A stretch of 63,933 nucleotides of DNA from Octopus bimaculoides (taxonomy: Eukaryota). The position numbers were made by a program, and so were the translations under genes. Every line of letters begins with the position of its first letter. Positions within the stretch are counted from its first letter, which is position 1. Below, piece after piece: positions 1 to 12,095 of the stretch. The notes under the pieces are model-generated. The model was given only the letters and a program-made list of their open reading frames with translations. It was not told the DNA's origin and made no database searches. Location: positions 60,063,996 to 60,127,928 of the forward strand of contig NC_068994.1 of assembly GCF_001194135.2 (NCBI RefSeq), in the 5' to 3' direction.

Positions 1-137
1 AAATTTCCCCAAGACACCTGACGAAGGCTGGAGGGTATATCAGCCGAAACATTGTGTTAACAACAAACAAGATGAGGACAAATATTCGTTGAATGTAAAT
101 AATGTAAATAATTCCTCATCTCTTAAATATAGAACTG
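1..137 (+). mobile_element. 3'/pseudo-LTR fragment of a Penelope-like element carrying a hammerhead motif
   Basis: Contains CTGACGA-hairpin-GAAAC and ends at a (TA)n tract. Minimal hammerheads are a known hallmark of Penelope-like pLTRs. The family assignment is an inference. Confidence 0.6.
13..58 (+). ncRNA. Minimal type I hammerhead ribozyme motif (probably decayed)
   Basis: Stem I GACAC(13-17)/GTGTT(54-58); core CTGACGA(18-24); stem II GGCTG(26-30)/CAGCC(41-45); GAAAC(46-50); ATT in place of the expected GTT, consistent with CpG-to-CpA decay. Confidence 0.8.
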
Positions 138-182
<45 letters not shown>

Positions 183-187
183 ATATA

Positions 188-214
<27 letters not shown>
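138..214. repeat. (TA)n/(TG)n microsatellite
   Basis: Seen directly. Confidence 0.95.
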
Positions 215-218
<4 letters not shown>

Positions 219-2428
219 GTCAATCTCAAAAGAACCTGAACATGGAACAATTTATTTTGTTCAGTAACGACACTAATTTTATAGAGGAAAATATATTAAT
301 TCAACCAAATTCATTATTTTGTTGGGACTTATCCAATTCAGTTTTCAAAAAAAGCAATTTACTGTTTAATTCAACTTGTGCCAATATCAAGACAAATTTT
401 ATCATCATTGATATTGGTATTGTAGAAATTAGAGATTTTGTTAGTGTCATAGCTGGCCTGCATACAATTTCCTAACAGTTTCCGTTCACTTCATTAAAAT
501 ATATTATCTACCACCTAATATACTTTCTACAAATTACTTTTGCACTTTAATTATACACACTGGAAACTTGTAGCTTCACTATACCAAATGGTACACAGAG
601 AGGTCTACATAAATTCCATACCAGCTCAGACTGAAAATATACTTCTTGAAATCAACTAACACATGGTTTAGTTAATTAGCTCAGTTACTGGGTTTCATTA
701 TCAATATGGTCCATTAATGAAATGTAATTAATAGCACATATCTTTAAACAATTCCAACTGCCTCGTTTCAACCACAGAATATATCTGCCAGTCAGGTCCT
801 CACTTGTTCCAAAGTCCAGCACATCAATCCTGATATGTCACACTGACATTAGTTTAACTTCACTAATCACATATTAGAAGAACATACCAAAGTTTAGTTA
901 AATGATAAAAGTAAAATGACAATCATTACCTAAAACTATAAAAAAAAGGTCCAAGAGGATAGTGATACTGAAGTGAATTATCATTGAAGGAATATAATAA
1001 CTAGAGGCTAAAACCAATGTTTGTCAAATACCAAAAATATGATAAAAGAAACAAAACTTCATTACTAAAATAACTTGCACCTAGAAAACTGATTGAAAGA
1101 TAGATCTACTATTGAAGAGGAGGATGAGTAGAAGCCTTTTGCCTAGAGGACAAAAGATTATTATTATTGTATTTGATAAGTACTTGTCTTTACTAGTATT
1201 TATTATCATTAGTAGTATAATACTAAGTTTTAGTACCATACAGATTAAACCAGATTTTCTTAAACAGCTAATGTTACAAAAAATTCTAACATCTCCAAAG
1301 CTAATAATTTCAAGAAGTAGAATTTCTTGCAAAGAAAAAAAATTTTTTATTCCTTGTCTTTGGAAGCAAACAAAGCAACTTGAAGCAAGGACTGGCCAAA
1401 TGATAATATTGGGTTACTGATAATGTATTGCTGCACTTACTAATCCAACTGGATGAAATATTTCAATAATTTTCTAAACATTTTTCATTCTCTGTTTCAA
1501 AATGGAAAATTTATCAAGGTTTTATATGGGAGAATGAAATAAGGCCTGACACATTCCACCCTAAGAAAGTTAACAGGAATTTTGTGATTTACTTAAACCA
1601 GAGGGCAATGGGAAGGAGCAAGAAAAAAACAAAAACATCAAAAGTTAAACTATTTTTTCTATACAAAATAAAATAGAATTTATAAAATATAAACCTGAAA
1701 TAATATCTTACACTCCAAAGAGCCTTTCACTGACTTATCTCTCTTAACTAAAAACATATCAGCAATAGAATCAGTAGGCTGACAAATAAGTTGACATCTC
1801 ATGGTTCTTTGGTACAAATCTTATTTTCCATCTCCAGTGGTAGATGGCACTCAAAAAGCATACAATGGTATTTGTTGTTTGGCAAATGATGCTTAGCTAT
1901 TGTGATAACTAATAACTTGAAGCCAACATAATCTCAACAATATGAAAGGTCACATGTTATGAGAGCCCTCTAACCTGTCCTTCAAATTAGTCTTTTGTGG
2001 CAATTTCAACTTGTAATATCGCCACTACATGTAGGAGTGGTAGTAATAACAGGAATCAACTATCATTTTACTTAGAATACACAATTCCATATCAACAAAG
2101 CCAAATCTATGTTCCGTTTCTCTGTTTCGAGTTCTGGTAAAAAATACTAAAAAAAAGTATCTAACTGATGAGTGGAAATGCCAATAGAGAAACAATTATT
2201 CAACTTTAGTTAATTAACAAAGACAAATTATATTAAAGTATTAAGAGTGAAATAGGATTTGTGCATTGACACAGACAAAAGTTCCATCTCTATCTCCAAT
2301 TAAAAAGATCAACACCATTGAAAGACAACTGGAAGACATTATTTACGTGTGATGAATACGCTGTCACCAATTCAGTTTCTAACTTACAAAAGATAAATGT
2401 AACCTCAAATAAATACCCAAAGACTTAC

Positions 2429-2451
2429 GGTAAATGTCCTGAAACCTTGAC
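2429..2451 (-). CDS. Candidate 23-nt microexon (G-QGFRTFT) of the minus-strand gene
   Basis: Minus strand reads ttcatttcattaag|GTCAAGGTTTCAGGACATTTACC|gtaagt. The donor is strong and the AAG acceptor is weak. It stays open in the phase-1 frame left by exon 2961-3051. Confidence 0.35.
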
Positions 2452-2960
2452 CTTAATGAAATGAAGCAGCTATCATCAAAAATGAAAACCCAAGTCAAAC
2501 AACTCAATCTTCTTGGGTTTTACAAAAGCATAAAAAATGATAAAACCATTATAGATTCTCTCAACACAGACACCTAGATTTGCCTAATACATACAGTAAT
2601 CAGAGTAATTTGGAAATAAGATTCCATTTCTCTTACAATGTATCAACATCAAAGCATTCTATTTCCAAATCATTGAATCTATCTTTCTGTATCTAATCAA
2701 AAGAAACTTTTAGAATACAGAGTAAAAATAACTAACTTTACAAAAACATGAAAATCACAAAAGCATCATTTCAATATCTTTATAACAACAATGCAATACA
2801 TTAGTTAGTCTGTAATGGGCTGGCCTAATAGGGTTAACTCCACAACTAATATCAAATTTTATTTACTCCATCTTCATATCTAAAGACGTGAGTATAGCCC
2901 CTCCCTCCCACCAAACCAATAAAAAAAGTTGAAGATCGATAAATTTGTTGAGAGACTTAC

Positions 2961-3027
2961 CAATAGAATCAATAAATTTGCTTGAGGGGCTGGAAGGCCC
3001 ATTCACCTGGTGAGCAGTCTCAGTCAT
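2961..3027 (-). CDS. Candidate first coding segment, MTETAHQVNGPSSPSSKFIDSI(G/E), in exon 2961-3051; product not recognised
   Basis: Acceptor tttttttctttacag| at 3052 and donor ATTG|gtaagt at 2960. The exon's 5' part has stops in all frames, with an in-frame TAG 6 nt upstream of the ATG at 3027. Confidence 0.6.
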
Positions 3028-3109
3028 TTCTGACTAATTAACTCTCCACCTCTGTAAAGAAAAAAAATGGGTATACAATTAGTGAGTGTGTATACATTTA
3101 TCTATTGAA

Positions 3110-3370
3110 TACAGGTTATGTGCAAAGGCTAGAAAGAATAGATGCAATCATGCTCCAATGGATGTGTAATGTTTGTGTACATGAATGCCATGGTACAAAT
3201 GTGACACAAGAACTGGATAAAAGAGAAATTAAATGTATGCATTGGTGTGAGCACGTGATACATCTGGAGATGGTTTGTGGATAAGGAAGTGCCAGACACG
3301 GGGGGGGGGTCACAGTGGTGAAGGCTGACTTGGAGTGCTGAATCTTATGAAAGAAATGTTTGTTGATACA
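3110..3370 (+). mobile_element. Decayed RTE-clade LINE 3' fragment
   Basis: Broken translation RLERIDAIMLQWMCNVCV...WCEHV matches the better-preserved RTE end at 55.8-56.3 kb. Confidence 0.65.
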
Positions 3371-3699
3371 CAATGCTGCTCAAGACCCAACCACCCTCTG
3401 AATCCTCGCTGCTCTCTCATCTATTTTCTCTCCCATGTTTCTCCCCCCCCCCCTCACACCTTCCATCCATACTTGCTCTTATGAGGGATAGCACTGGATA
3501 CCCCTTACCAACCCATCTCTCTCTTTCCCACTAGCACTAATCCCTTTGCCTTCTTCCTCCCCTTAACCAGTAAGCAACTTTAAATCGTTTTCTCTCATCA
3601 TACTTCACCAGCTCTCAGCACTTTGCTGAAAACCATCTCTCTCACACACACACAATTTTCCTTCAGTGATAGGGGCCCCTTTTAGCCTTGCAAATTGCA

Positions 3700-3848
3700 A
3701 GGTGACTTCTGTTAGGAAGGGCATCAAGCCATATTAATCATGCCAAAATGGACAACGAAGCACAATGCAATTCTCTAACTTGTTGGATCAATTCAAACCC
3801 AGCCAACCCATATCAACATGTAAAACAAACATTAAATGATGATAATGT
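3700..3848 (+). mobile_element. RTE-tail type SINE ending in (GAT)n
   Basis: gttaggaagggcatc...ccaaccc...acattaaatgatgat motifs are shared with many copies in the window. Confidence 0.7.
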
Positions 3849-3866
3849 ATAGCAATGATATATTTA

Positions 3867-3931
<65 letters not shown>

Positions 3932-4062
3932 CAGCCCTCCAGAACGACAGATTGAGGACACACCCACTTCAAATTTCTTATATGCTGGTATTTTTGATAT
4001 TAGAAATTTTAGTTGTTCATGACCTGTTGATTAATCGACAAGTACTGATCGTTTGGGGATTC

Positions 4063-4168
4063 GGTACCCTGACGAGTTAGGAGTTTCTTTGTAGCATATT
4101 GCATAAATCTAATTAAAGTATGCATATGTTACAATAAAAACTCCTAATGAAATAATTGTAGCAATACC
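4063..4168 (+). ncRNA. Type I hammerhead motif with greatly extended stem II (decayed)
   Basis: CTGACGA(4069-75); TTAGGAGTTT(4077-86)/AAACTCCTAA(4138-47); inner TTGTAGCATAT/ATATGTTACAA and GCATA/TATGC; GAAAT(4149-53); palindromic AATT; GTA(4158-60). Confidence 0.7.
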
Positions 4169-5789
4169 AGATAATAAATTCGTCTTTCACACACACACAC
4201 AGAGCAATTAAAAGAGGAAATTTAATAATCTAAAGCAGACTTTATAAAAAACAATAATAACAAAATAAAAGGGTTGGGAGTAAAAACATTTCTTCGCCTT
4301 CTCTGCTCTAATTTTCTGAATAACTAAAACAGGAGCAAAATAGGAATGGTATGTTAGCTATCTCTCAAATTACATAGACCAGCCATAGAGTAAGACAACA
4401 AACAGTGCCTGCTACAATGTAACATTAATGAAAGAGTTGGGCAAACCCAGGGCACTGCTATATGTCAGAAAGTGGGAGAGGGGGGGGTAGAATGCTATTA
4501 AATATCAAGAGGGTGCTGATGGCAATGGTGGAGGAGTGAAACATTTCTAATGACAGATTGAAACTAGATGTGTCACAATAAGTAGAGAGGGCAGCTTTTA
4601 AATTCCACATTTCAAACAAATCTATGAGAAAAATTTTCGAATAGGTCAGTCAATGACCTTACTTCTGTCGGTCACTAATAATGGTCCTAATGGACGGCTA
4701 GTTAGGAACACAAGTACAACTCATTCCAGAAATACTATACAGTTTTGTTTTATAATTACTTGCAAATAATAATAAAACAGTGCACACGCACACATGTGTA
4801 CACGCCACCTGTCTCTTGTTCCAGAAACAACACCTGATTCCTGATTCTCTCAGATACTTTATTAACCAACCTGAGCTCAAAAGTTATCTTAAACTGGGGT
4901 AGAGCAGAAATTCTTTCCACTTCCTTTCTGTTATGTATTTTCTTAGTAGTAGTAGTAGCTGCAGCAGTATTCTCTGCTGCAGCAGTTTGTTGCTAACTTA
5001 TTTAGTTGTTTGTATGAACTGCAGTCCATAGTTTCTCTCAGCATGTATGCTGCAGTCTGCACCATAAAACCTATGAGCTTGGAAGCCAATTGATACTAAG
5101 CAGGGATTCCAAAGAAACATTTAATACTGGTTTATCAATTTTAAAACTATTAAATGACCAACAAAAAATACTTCTGGAAATATTTAGCCATCTTTAATTC
5201 ATTTAAATAAACTTTACTAAATCAAACTCATAACAACATATCACAATTGACGTGTATTCTCATAGAATGTGTCATTTAGTAAATGTGTTGCCAAATATAA
5301 AGAACTGTTTTGAAAGAAGTCTTCAAATAAGTACACTAAATGAAATACACAAGAGTTGACTAAATTTCAGTATCATGTAAAGAGAAACAAATTCTATAAC
5401 TGTACAAAAGAAACAAAATAATGTGTGCTGTAACAGTGTGTTGCTACGTCTATCATTTGTTGGTGATAGCCTACTACTCCTGGTGAATAATAACTTTGCC
5501 CCCTTCAGGCAACCACTCTCAAACCTATGGGTCTGTTTGGGGCAGTCACTGCTGGTGAGAGTTATATGAAGTTGGGTTGCAAATCCTACCTCGACCTCTT
5601 TTAGTTGCCTTTTACGACATGCAGAGGAAATGTAGGATCTATTCTTTGGCATGCTGGTCCACACAGCACTAGAGCACCATGAAATGAAATGTTTTACTCA
5701 AGAATACAACATTCCACCCGGTTCAAGAATCAAACCCACTAGACCATGCACCTGCACTATATTGGTATCCAGTAAAATATTTCCTGTAC

Positions 5790-6100
5790 ACATATGATCA
5801 CATCTAGCATGCTGGTGTAAGTTAGACAGTTTGACAGGAGCTGACCAGGCTCCAGATCTGTTCGGGCATGGATGCCCTTCCTAACACCAACCACTGTACA
5901 GAGTGTACTGGGTGCTTCTACACAGCACCAGCATGGGTGCATTTACATGGCACTGGTACGGCTGCTTTTTACATGGCACCAGCACCCAAAAGCCTGCAAG
6001 ATTAGGAATGCTCAGCTGGAGAGGGATGCAAGGTCAACCACAATTTTACTTAGCTTGACATGTCTTCTCAAGCACAGCAAACGGCCAGGAGTTTTGATTC
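5790..6100 (-). mobile_element. RTE-tail type SINE, decayed
   Basis: ggatgcccttcctaacaccaaccact and ttagacagtttgacaggagc family motifs. Confidence 0.7.
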
Positions 6101-6109
6101 CCTGTTTGA

Positions 6110-6275
6110 TCCCATCTGTGAGGCCCAAGTTCAAATTCCACTGAAGTCAACTTTACCTTTCATCCTTTCAGGGACATAAGTACCAGTCAACCACTCGGGG
6201 AAATGTAATCAACTGGTTCCATACCCTACAATTTCAGGCCTTGTGCCTACAGTAGAAAGGATTACCACTGAAACT
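6110..6275 (+). mobile_element. tRNA-derived SINE body
   Basis: B-box-like agttcaaattcc followed by the gtcaactttacctttcatcctttcaggg family core, also seen at 28.6, 47.2, 52.6 and 62.2 kb. Confidence 0.7.
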
Positions 6276-8299
6276 ACTACTACTACTACTACTACTGCAT
6301 AGAGCAACTTAACATTCTGTACAGAAAATATTTGATATGTAAATCAATTTAGAACCATATTTGTTTCCTTTTCTTAGCTTTTATTAATAAGTTTCAAACA
6401 TTCAGCTTATTATTGCATTTTCCATTTAATTTGATAATTTGGTGCTAACATTTACAGCTATGTTCAGTGTAAACCAGAAATCTGGGTGGAAAAATGAGTT
6501 AAAGCTAAGAGGAGTGGCTCTGTTTGAAGATATAAAAGTTATAAGTTATCAAAATATGAAAGCCAGCCAACTCCCAGTTGTATATCAGTCAACAATAGAA
6601 GTAGCTGGGGTTTCTGTTACTATAGAGAACAATCAAATGTAAAGAGATGAATAATAATGATAACAATAATAAATTAATTCATTTACTGAGAATAAAACCT
6701 AAAATTACACACATGTGAACTTCCTATAAACCCATTAGGGCCAAATGGAGTTGACAGCTTTTCTCAATAGATCCAGAGGAGAAGTTAAAAATTCCTCACA
6801 GCAACCAACAGTACTTGAAATATGCAACTCTGGAGCACATCAGGGTGAGCAATTTGAGAATTGTGTTTGTGATAAATATAACACAATGTTACTTACAGGG
6901 TACATATTATCACCTGGGTATCTAGGACTGTTGAGGTTCTCAATGTAGGCACATACAGTGTGTGTGAGGATTTAGTTGTTCTAAGTGATGGAGTATTCCA
7001 GGTATATGTACCCTGGCTCAGCAGGATACAACACTGGACATTTGAATTACTGGTACAGTCTATCCAATGGGCTTCCACACAGTTTCCTTCTCTCAATTTC
7101 CACTCACTGGGCTTGGATTGACCCATGGCAATAATAAAAAAACACTTGCCCAAGATGCTATGCAACAGGATCAAAGCAAGGGCTTTGTAATTAATGCTGT
7201 GCCCATTTAATATCAACTGACAGGAGGTGCATGTGCCTCTAAATGTGCAACAAATACAGCTACGAAAATTAACCAATTTCTTAAAAGCCAAGAAATCCCC
7301 TTATCAATAACTTCAACACTCCATCTGTGGCTGCACTGTCAAAGTGGACATCCAGCCCAACTCATCACTACCACCATTTACTATGGTCAAGAACAACTGG
7401 GCAACTCTGGTCATCCTAAAACAGTTTAGATACCAAATAATGGGTGTCTCAGTTGTAGGAGTAAAAAAACAAATTGATATGACTGATGGTTTATAACAAA
7501 TCCACCCGTGACAATAATTGTGCTAAAAACAAAAATACCACAGGATTAAAAACAGATAAACCACAAAGGAAAGAAAGTGCTATGTCCATAGCATGTAACC
7601 GTTTGCCTGAGTAGGTAATAACACATTGGTCTACTGATTGGTATATTCCCCCAAGTTCAAATGACTACGGTACACAAAGCTGAGGAACAGGAGCTTTAGT
7701 TAGACATCTCCTCCATTGTAAAACTGTGCAACTTCATAATTTGACAACATTGGGAAATTTATTGAAATGAAAAACAATAATTTTACTAAGCTTAACCAGA
7801 AAAAGGAAAAAAAGGAAAAGACATCTATACAACAATGACCATGAAATGAGTATTTTCAACAAGATGAAGCTGCTTATTTTGTGTGTTATCAACTAAAAGC
7901 TAATTACCACTTAACTTTTAAATTGCCGAAAGTTTCTTGTCTAAGTCTTTATTTTCAAGAGACAAAAATATTTTTGGCAGGTTTTTTAGAAAGGTTCAAA
8001 GAAGATTGTTCTGTGAGACATTTTAAAAACTGTTATTAAGACTACCGTCAGTAATTAGGTGTAGTTCCCCCGCTATTCACACTTAATAGTTGAGGTCTCT
8101 CCTACAGTCATACAAGTCAAACATGTTAAGATTAATGTAACTACTAATCAGGTAACGATGTAAATGATAACACCCTCACCACTAAANNNNNNNNNNNNNN
8201 NNNNNNNNNNNNNNNNNNNNNNNNNNNNNNNNNNNNNNNNNNNNNNNNNNNNNNNNNNNNNNNNNNNNNNNNNNNNNNNNNNNTATATATATATATATG

Positions 8300-9120
8300 A
8301 GCCCTGCATCATATCACTTAAAATTTACCAAACAGCAAAGAGAAATGAGTTGATCAAGTACACTCAACACCATCAGATTAGGTAAAGGGCTCAAAAATAG
8401 GTGCTTTGAGTATGAACCATGGGTAGCTGTGCATGGATACATATCTTACAAGCTACAGAATACCAACAACATTGACAAGAATAGCAGCCTCTCCTGGAGC
8501 TGTGATAGACATCACAGCTCACCTAAGAGGCTATACGTTTACTACCCAGGAACAGGAGACAAGCTACTAAAACATCTCATCAACATGATAAGGATGCTTC
8601 TAAACCTCCATGTTGTGATACAAAATGTATGGAAGATATCACACAGATCAGCAGCAGCTGTCCAAAAATGTCTGCAAGATACAACCGTCTCATAAGACAG
8701 AGCACTGATGCTAAAACTATCTACTATGCTGTCTGCAAGAAGGACTGTCCCAATAACCAATACTAAAGGTACAACAGAACCAGAATGGATCCAGACGTTT
8801 TGAAATTAAGACTACTGGTAAAACATTCCCATAAAAACAGCAGTCTTGTGTAAGCACAATAAAGTTAGCCCTATTCAACTACAATTTCTTGGTAATAATT
8901 CACTGAGAGTTGATACACTATCTTTCAACACTCACAGATATACTAACCCAACCACCACTAAATTTAAATTGAACATATTGTCCACTAGCACAACACTGAC
9001 AAATGTTTCCTAATTCATGACCAAATACAGACTTCATTCTTAAAAGCTTGGGTATTCTGAAGTAATGTCTACCATAACAACTCATTGTATACTTGGGAAA
9101 CAAGGGGCCTTTCACATTTA
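8300..9120 (+). mobile_element. R4/Dong-like (RLE) non-LTR retrotransposon relic, C-terminal part
   Basis: Frameshifted translation MHGYISYKLQNTNNIDK, EDITQISSSCPKMSARY (CCHC region) and YW*NIPIKTAVLCKHNK (lead-in to the RLE nuclease). Homologous to 58.4-59.5 kb. Confidence 0.7.
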
Positions 9121-9379
9121 ATAAACTTAATGTTTATGAGAGATGAATGAAAGTGAGAAAGAAGGACTAAGTCATTCAGAAGTCACAGAACAGAGAGTAG
9201 TAGAGAGAGAGCAGGGAGAGAATAAATTCATATAGTAAACAAATTAAGGGTTAATTAGGTGTGGAGGAGGGGGTAGAAAGGAATGGTACATTTCTGAGAG
9301 GGGTTTAAAAGTAAATGATACACGATGTATACTGGTGATATATCACCTGCCTTAACTCCTTATTTTTCTCACTCTCCCA

Positions 9380-10240
9380 TTATTATACCATATTATGATA
9401 GGACCATTGGTGAGGTATTCAGAATTATCTCAGAACAACTGCCACAATATTTCATAACAAGGAACAGCTAAAGTTATACCATTGATGGTCTTAATATTCA
9501 TGATCACTCTGCCATGATTTGGAGAATGTGAGCTGACCAAATAACCAACATTGAACATACACCTTAGCAACACTGGTACTCAAAAGATGGTGATGGCTGC
9601 GAGACGTGGTAATTATCTAGTTAACTCAGATTTTGACTGGTTTAATGAGGACTCAATACATGGAAGAGAGAACAGGCAACTATGATGGTCCTCTGGAGCA
9701 CATTTGTCCTCAGCTGCTTAGACTTTTGCTCCCAGTTGCTATGGTCACCACATGGGGTTAAGATAACAGTGGAACTCAAAACAGTCCAGTAATGCTACAC
9801 TAGGATCTCAAAGCAACAGGTCAGATACTGGGGGGAGGCTGGAAATGTTAAGACCCTACTCTCTGGGATGAAGGCAGGAAAGATATGCAGTGATATGCAT
9901 CTGGAAAATCCAGGAAAGATTGGTACCAAACTTTGGCATTGAAAGTTAGACAAACACCAGAATGGGGTGTCACTACATAGCACCAAAGATGCCAACATTA
10001 CCATCAAGATACAGGACCTGACAGCACAACAGCTTGGATCTCATGGTCCCATTGCTCTTCAATATCCTCTCACGAAGCCTGAGAGACCTGCATGTGATGG
10101 ATGTAGGTATCTGCAAAACAGAATTGAATCTCCTCTTGTCAAGAAATATAAATGAGGGCTGCAATATCAGACTCCCTCATTCACCAAATGCCACAGGTCA
10201 GAGACGGGCTGAAGTAATGATATTATAGCAAAACTAATGG
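9380..10240 (+). mobile_element. CR1/L2-group LINE relic, 3' part of ORF2
   Basis: Frameshifted LWSTFVLS-LDFCSQL-SP...YW-RL-ML-YSL--RQERYAVI-IWKI--LVPN motifs typical of post-RT CR1/L2 ORF2. Confidence 0.65.
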
Positions 10241-11759
10241 CAGCGCCTCAGCATGACCACAGCTCTTGAGCTGAAACAAGAGTATATAAACACACACACA
10301 CACACACACATGTAAACACATGCAAATACACACACAATATGTATCACCTGGTTTTTAACTGAAGAACAACAAATGAGAACTTTTAGAAAAAAATGTTTTG
10401 TCAACTCAAAGTATCTTTTCTACATTTTTTTTTCAAATTCTGCAACATAAAAATCATTTTTTTTAAGTAGCTCAAATTAATTAGCTTCAATCCAATATAA
10501 GCCAGGAATAAATTAACACCAGTTAACTTGTGACTGGTGTATTCCAACACCCTTAATGAATACTTGAAAAAATTCTTCCTTTCTCTTTATGTTCAATTAT
10601 TGTAAAAAAAAAAAAAAATTTTTCCTTTTTTTCAATTCCCACATGCTGAATTAGGCAAACATTCTATACTAAATAATATTTATAACTATAAACAAATAAT
10701 CTCACACACACACACAAACAGATATCCTGCATTAAATTAGCAACAAACACAGATACTGTTATGTTATCAGCAGATGAAATAGAAAACTGAAGTAGATAAT
10801 ATGTAGTTGATAATATGCTAACAAACAGCTGAAGGGAAGTTGAAAAAAAGGTAGAGCCAGCCTTGGAGCTTGTAAGGACCACAATAGTTTTTAAAGCTGT
10901 ATTCAGAAGGTCAGCATCAGTTTAAAGCTGATTAAAACACAAGATAGAACAAAATGGTATTTATAAATAGTTCAGCTCAGCTAAACTTATCAGTTCATGA
11001 CTAAGAGCTGAAAGCAAAAGGCTACCAACAGGCAGTCTTCGTATCAGTTTCAAAACTGCCGGATTCATTACATTTGTCAGAGGCTGCTTGGCAGAGAACA
11101 TTTAGCTATGGATTGCAGCTAGTTTCATATTTATCTGAATGCTCTAGGCCCGCAATTAATATATAACAGCCTACTACATATTAAAACTTTCACAAGGAAC
11201 AAATGTAAAAAAAACCCTGCCATAATACTTAGAATATGTGTAAAAATTAGACATAATTACACAAGAAATATTGAGTAATTCTACACTAAAGACACATAAG
11301 TATCCAAGTTCCCTACATTACAGTTATTATTCAATGAATGTTAAAGCCTAACAGAGGAAATATTTTGGAAAGGTTGGTAACAAACAGAAGAAAGTGCAAA
11401 AATTCCATCATAACCATTGATTAAGTTTTAGTTTTAATTTAACAAAGTTGTTTCTGTGAATGAATAATGATGGTTGAGAAGACAAGTGAAAGAGAAAAAT
11501 ATTTCAGCCAATGAGAAGGCTGTTAGCCGAAGGATTTAGTAAGCTAAATGTTCATTGGTTGTTTTAAACATTAGTCATGTTAACAATCATTGAATCACCA
11601 TCAATAGTTTGAAGAATAGGATATTTGTTTAAACTACGAATCTATAACAAGTGGAAAAAAAAAAAAGACAACGAGAGGGGATAGTCATGTAGATAATTTA
11701 TAAATTGGAATAAATTGGTGATATTTTTTGAAGTCTCAACATATCCCAATGAGCAGCTA

Positions 11760-12095
11760 TGGTTGTCGATAGGTGCAAGAACCAATGCAGTTTTAGATTC
11801 TATCCCACAATGCAGCACCTTAGGCAAAAGTCTTCTATTACCACACTAAATTGACCAATGCCTTTTAGTGTAGATTTGGTGGACAGAAATTGTATGCAAC
11901 TTGTGGTATAGAGATGTGTGTGTGTGTGAACATGCATTTGTTTCTCACTGGTTCAGAACCAGTGTTGGTTTGTTTATGCTCCTATTAGCAGTTCAGTAAA
12001 AAGAGGCCAATAAGTACTAGGGTCAATTTAAATGATTAAACCCTTTAAGGCAGTGCTCCAGTATGGACACAATGCAATGCCTGGCATTAGTAAAA
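11760..12095 (+). mobile_element. Decayed tRNA-derived SINE
   Basis: Same module order as the 26.9 kb copy (head, ggcaaaagtcttctatta, accaatgcc, (TG)n, gttggtttgtttatg). Confidence 0.6.

Noticed and set aside
242-1420. ORFs 242-475, 1081-1332 and 1112-1420 as genes or LINE fragments
   Set aside because: No recognisable motifs. AT-rich, and more likely 3'UTR or intron of the minus-strand gene.
2165-2200. CTGATGA...GAAACAATT hammerhead-like string
   Set aside because: Stem II cannot close, stem I does not pair, and position 16.2 mismatches.
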